Origin: an uncultured Gammaproteobacteria bacterium
GTDB lineage: Bacteria; Pseudomonadota; Gammaproteobacteria; Eutrophobiales; Eutrophobiaceae
Length of the DNA stretch: 64,000 nucleotides
Reading direction: 5' to 3'
Assembly (NCBI GenBank): GCA_943788815.1
Contig: CALSRS010000003.1
Location: 161,193-225,192 of the forward strand
The notes beneath the pieces are model-generated. The model saw only the letters and a list, made by a program, of their open reading frames with translations. It searched no databases and was not told the origin of the DNA. Made by a program: the position numbers and the translations under genes. This document shows, piece after piece, positions 61,833-64,000 of the stretch. Position 1 is the first letter of the stretch. Every line of letters starts with the position of its first letter.

Positions 61833-62945
61833 ATGGACGAAAACACCTATCAAGATCTTACTTCATGGTTGAAATTGGTTCGTGCTCCCGGACTCACTTT
61901 ACATCTCGCACATCTGTTGTTGTCCAAATTTTCACATCCTGAGAATATTTTATCCCAGAGCAAGAGTTATTTAAAAGCGAAGGGATTACAAAACAGGACA
62001 ATAGAATTTTTACATGGAAAAAATCAAAAACAGATTGATTTAGACATACAATGGATCGACGCAAAAAATAACCGTTTTATCCATATTTTTCACACGGATT
62101 TCCCTGATTTATTAAAGCAAATATCCAATCCACCTCTTGCTTTATTTGTATCTGGAATCCTCGATAATTTAAATAAACCCCAGATAGCTGTCATAGGATC
62201 TAGAAAATCAACCCCGGGAGGTAAAAGGATCGCATATGATTTTGCGAGAGAACTTGGGGAGTGTGGTATAACGATTACAAGTGGCTTAGCGACAGGAATA
62301 GACACCTCGGCACACAAAGGAGCGCTAAGTTCTTCCAGTGGAACATATGCAGTAATGGGAAATGGATTAGATATGGTCTATCCAAAATCTAATCTGAGTC
62401 TGGCCGAAGAAATAGCAGAATCTGGATTGTTAATTTCTGAATTCCCATTGAATACCAGGCCGTTGCCATACCACTTTCCGAGAAGAAATCGGATAATTAG
62501 TGGTTTGTCTCTTGGAGTTCTGGTTGTTGAAGCATCATTAAAAAGTGGATCATTAATAACGGCAAACTTGGCCGCAGAGCAGGGGAGGGAGGTCTTCGCA
62601 ATACCTGGTTCTATCCTTAATCCAATGGCGGAAGGCTGCAACAAATTAATCAGTAATGGCGCTAAATTATCTACCAAAATTGAAGATATTATTGAAGAAG
62701 TTCCATGCCTTCAAAATATGATTATTAATTATGAAGAGACAAAGAGAATATTACAGGTTGATAATGAAACACTTGACGAACAGGTAAAACTCCTGCTTGA
62801 TAATATAGGGTATGAACCAGTTAGTTTCGATGACATTATATCCAGCTCTGGTATTCCGGTGAAAAAATTACGAATTTTATTGCCAAAGTTAGAGCTCGAA
62901 GAGCTAATTCAATCCACGCCTGGTGGCGGTTACATAAAAAGATAA
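61833..62945 (+). CDS. dprA: DNA-processing protein DprA (Smf)
   Basis: Rossmann-like DprA core (IAVIGSRKSTPGG...GLATGIDTSAHKGAL). 370 aa with a GGAGG SD sequence. Confidence 0.9.
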   Translation: MDENTYQDLTSWLKLVRAPGLTLHLAHLLLSKFSHPENILSQSKSYLKAKGLQNRTIEFLHGKNQKQIDLDIQWIDAKNNRFIHIFHTDFPDLLKQISNPPLALFVSGILDNLNKPQIAVIGSRKSTPGGKRIAYDFARELGECGITITSGLATGIDTSAHKGALSSSSGTYAVMGNGLDMVYPKSNLSLAEEIAESGLLISEFPLNTRPLPYHFPRRNRIISGLSLGVLVVEASLKSGSLITANLAAEQGREVFAIPGSILNPMAEGCNKLISNGAKLSTKIEDIIEEVPCLQNMIINYEETKRILQVDNETLDEQVKLLLDNIGYEPVSFDDIISSSGIPVKKLRILLPKLELEELIQSTPGGGYIKR

Positions 62946-62961
62946 GCGGTAATATAAGAGA

Positions 62962-63441
62962 ATGAAAGAATCTGTTTTTGATGTATTAATGTACTTATTC
63001 AATAACTATCTTGATGATGAATATGAGTTGAATACTGATCAGGACTCATTACAGGGTATTCTTACGCATGCCGGATTTGCAGAGATCCAGGTGCGTAAAG
63101 CATTTGACTGGCTGGAAAGCTTAACTTATGAAGAAATAATTGAGGTTAGCAATAAATCTCAGAACAAAATTTCGCACAGAATTTTCAATACATATGAAAT
63201 GGAAAAATTAAGTACGGAATGCAGAGGCCTTCTAAGCTATCTGGAGCAAACAGGTATATTGGATTCTCATGACAGGGAGCTTGTGGTTGATAGAGTTATG
63301 GCACTCGAATCAGATGAAATTGATATTTATCAACTGAAGTGGGTTGTGCTAATGGTGCTGATGAACCAGCCTGGAAAAGAAGATGCTTTCACATGGATGG
63401 AGGAAGTTGTAATGAATGAAACGGAACTTGGTCTTCACTAA
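62962..63441 (+). CDS. smg: Smg protein (DUF494)
   Basis: MKESVFDVLMYLFNNYLDDE is the typical Smg N-terminus. Located between dprA and topA. Confidence 0.8.
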   Translation: MKESVFDVLMYLFNNYLDDEYELNTDQDSLQGILTHAGFAEIQVRKAFDWLESLTYEEIIEVSNKSQNKISHRIFNTYEMEKLSTECRGLLSYLEQTGILDSHDRELVVDRVMALESDEIDIYQLKWVVLMVLMNQPGKEDAFTWMEEVVMNETELGLH

Positions 63442-63477
63442 GGTACGTTATAAATTTAATAAGGATGTTTTTTAAAT

Positions 63478-64000
63478 ATGAGTGATACGTTGGTAATCGT
63501 TGAGTCCCCAGCAAAAGCAAAAACGCTTACACGCTATCTGGGAGATGGTTATACCGTATTGGCTTCATATGGTCATGTTAGAGACTTATTGCCCAAGACC
63601 GGGGCGGTTGATACTGAAAATAATTTTGAAATGAAGTACGAGATTATTGAGAAAAACTCAAAGTCTGTTGATGCAATAGCAAAGGCTTTGAAAAAAGCAG
63701 ACCACCTATTACTGGCAACTGATCCTGACCGCGAAGGAGAAGCTATCTCCTGGCATTTGCATGAACTCTTAAAGGAAAGGAATGCTCTGGGTGGTAAGGA
63801 CGTTAAACGTGTAGTCTTTCATGAGGTGACAAAGTCAGCTATACAGGATGCAATTGAGCATCCTAGAGAACTTTCTATTGATTTAATTAATGCCCAACAA
63901 GCAAGACGTGCACTTGATTACCTCGTTGGTTTTAATTTGTCGCCCTTATTATGGAAAAAAATTCACCGAGGTTTGTCAGCTGGCAGAGTACAAAGCCCGG
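63478..64000 (+). CDS. topA: DNA topoisomerase I, 5' portion (3'-truncated by window end)
   Basis: MSDTLVIVESPAKAKTLTRYLGDGYTVLASYGHVRDL is the TOPRIM N-terminus. The ATG is at 63478-63480. Confidence 0.9.
   Translation, partial: MSDTLVIVESPAKAKTLTRYLGDGYTVLASYGHVRDLLPKTGAVDTENNFEMKYEIIEKNSKSVDAIAKALKKADHLLLATDPDREGEAISWHLHELLKERNALGGKDVKRVVFHEVTKSAIQDAIEHPRELSIDLINAQQARRALDYLVGFNLSPLLWKKIHRGLSAGRVQSP

Overview
This is a 64-kb chromosomal fragment of a low-GC (roughly 40% by eye) gammaproteobacterium. Gene order resembles Pseudomonas-type genomes: purM, a DUF2066 protein, perM, hda, wrbA, arsC, yihY, a hypothetical, acyP, proS; then ilvIH-ilvC, a PSD-like protein and pssA; then leuA, a psi-like/UDG protein and rimI, cysM. 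Further E. coli-like housekeeping blocks follow: dapF-yigA-xerC, hslVU, DUF971-ubiE-ubiJ-ubiB, yibQ-ctpA-envC-gpmI, yibN-secB-gpsA, trmL, trkHA, ntrYX-DUF4390-rsmB-fmt-def, and a TsaP-like LysM protein with dprA-smg-topA. I found no rRNA, tRNA, CRISPR array or obvious mobile element. The ORF-track gaps are all under 360 bp. Most of the window is ordinary core genome. The less ordinary parts are: (1) an AT-rich glycosylation gene set wrapped around suhB at the window start, comprising the 3' end of a methyltransferase, a GT1 enzyme, a GT-C-like polytopic membrane protein and a soluble GT2; the GT-C/GT2 pair sits between suhB and trmJ, which are direct neighbours in E. coli. (2) An ECF sigma module at 27.4-30.1 kb flanked by two secreted Arg/Glu-rich repeat proteins, a small single-TM anti-sigma-like protein and a tiny acidic secreted ORF; the sigma factor appears to use a non-ATG start. 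(3) A family-4 uracil-DNA-glycosylase whose N-terminus looks like the chi-binding N-terminus of DNA polymerase III psi (HolD), translationally coupled leuA-psi/UDG-rimI. (4) A candidate Leu-rich leader peptide/attenuator upstream of leuA. (5) A 535-aa conserved hypothetical with a PilZ-like C-terminus. Several ORF-track starts are non-ATG longest-ORF artefacts, and I propose corrected starts for purM, trmJ, fmt, def, trmL, pssA, hslV, the L,D-transpeptidase, the LysM protein and the DUF3106 protein. All functional calls rest on motif recognition by eye and remembered family knowledge, not on database searches.
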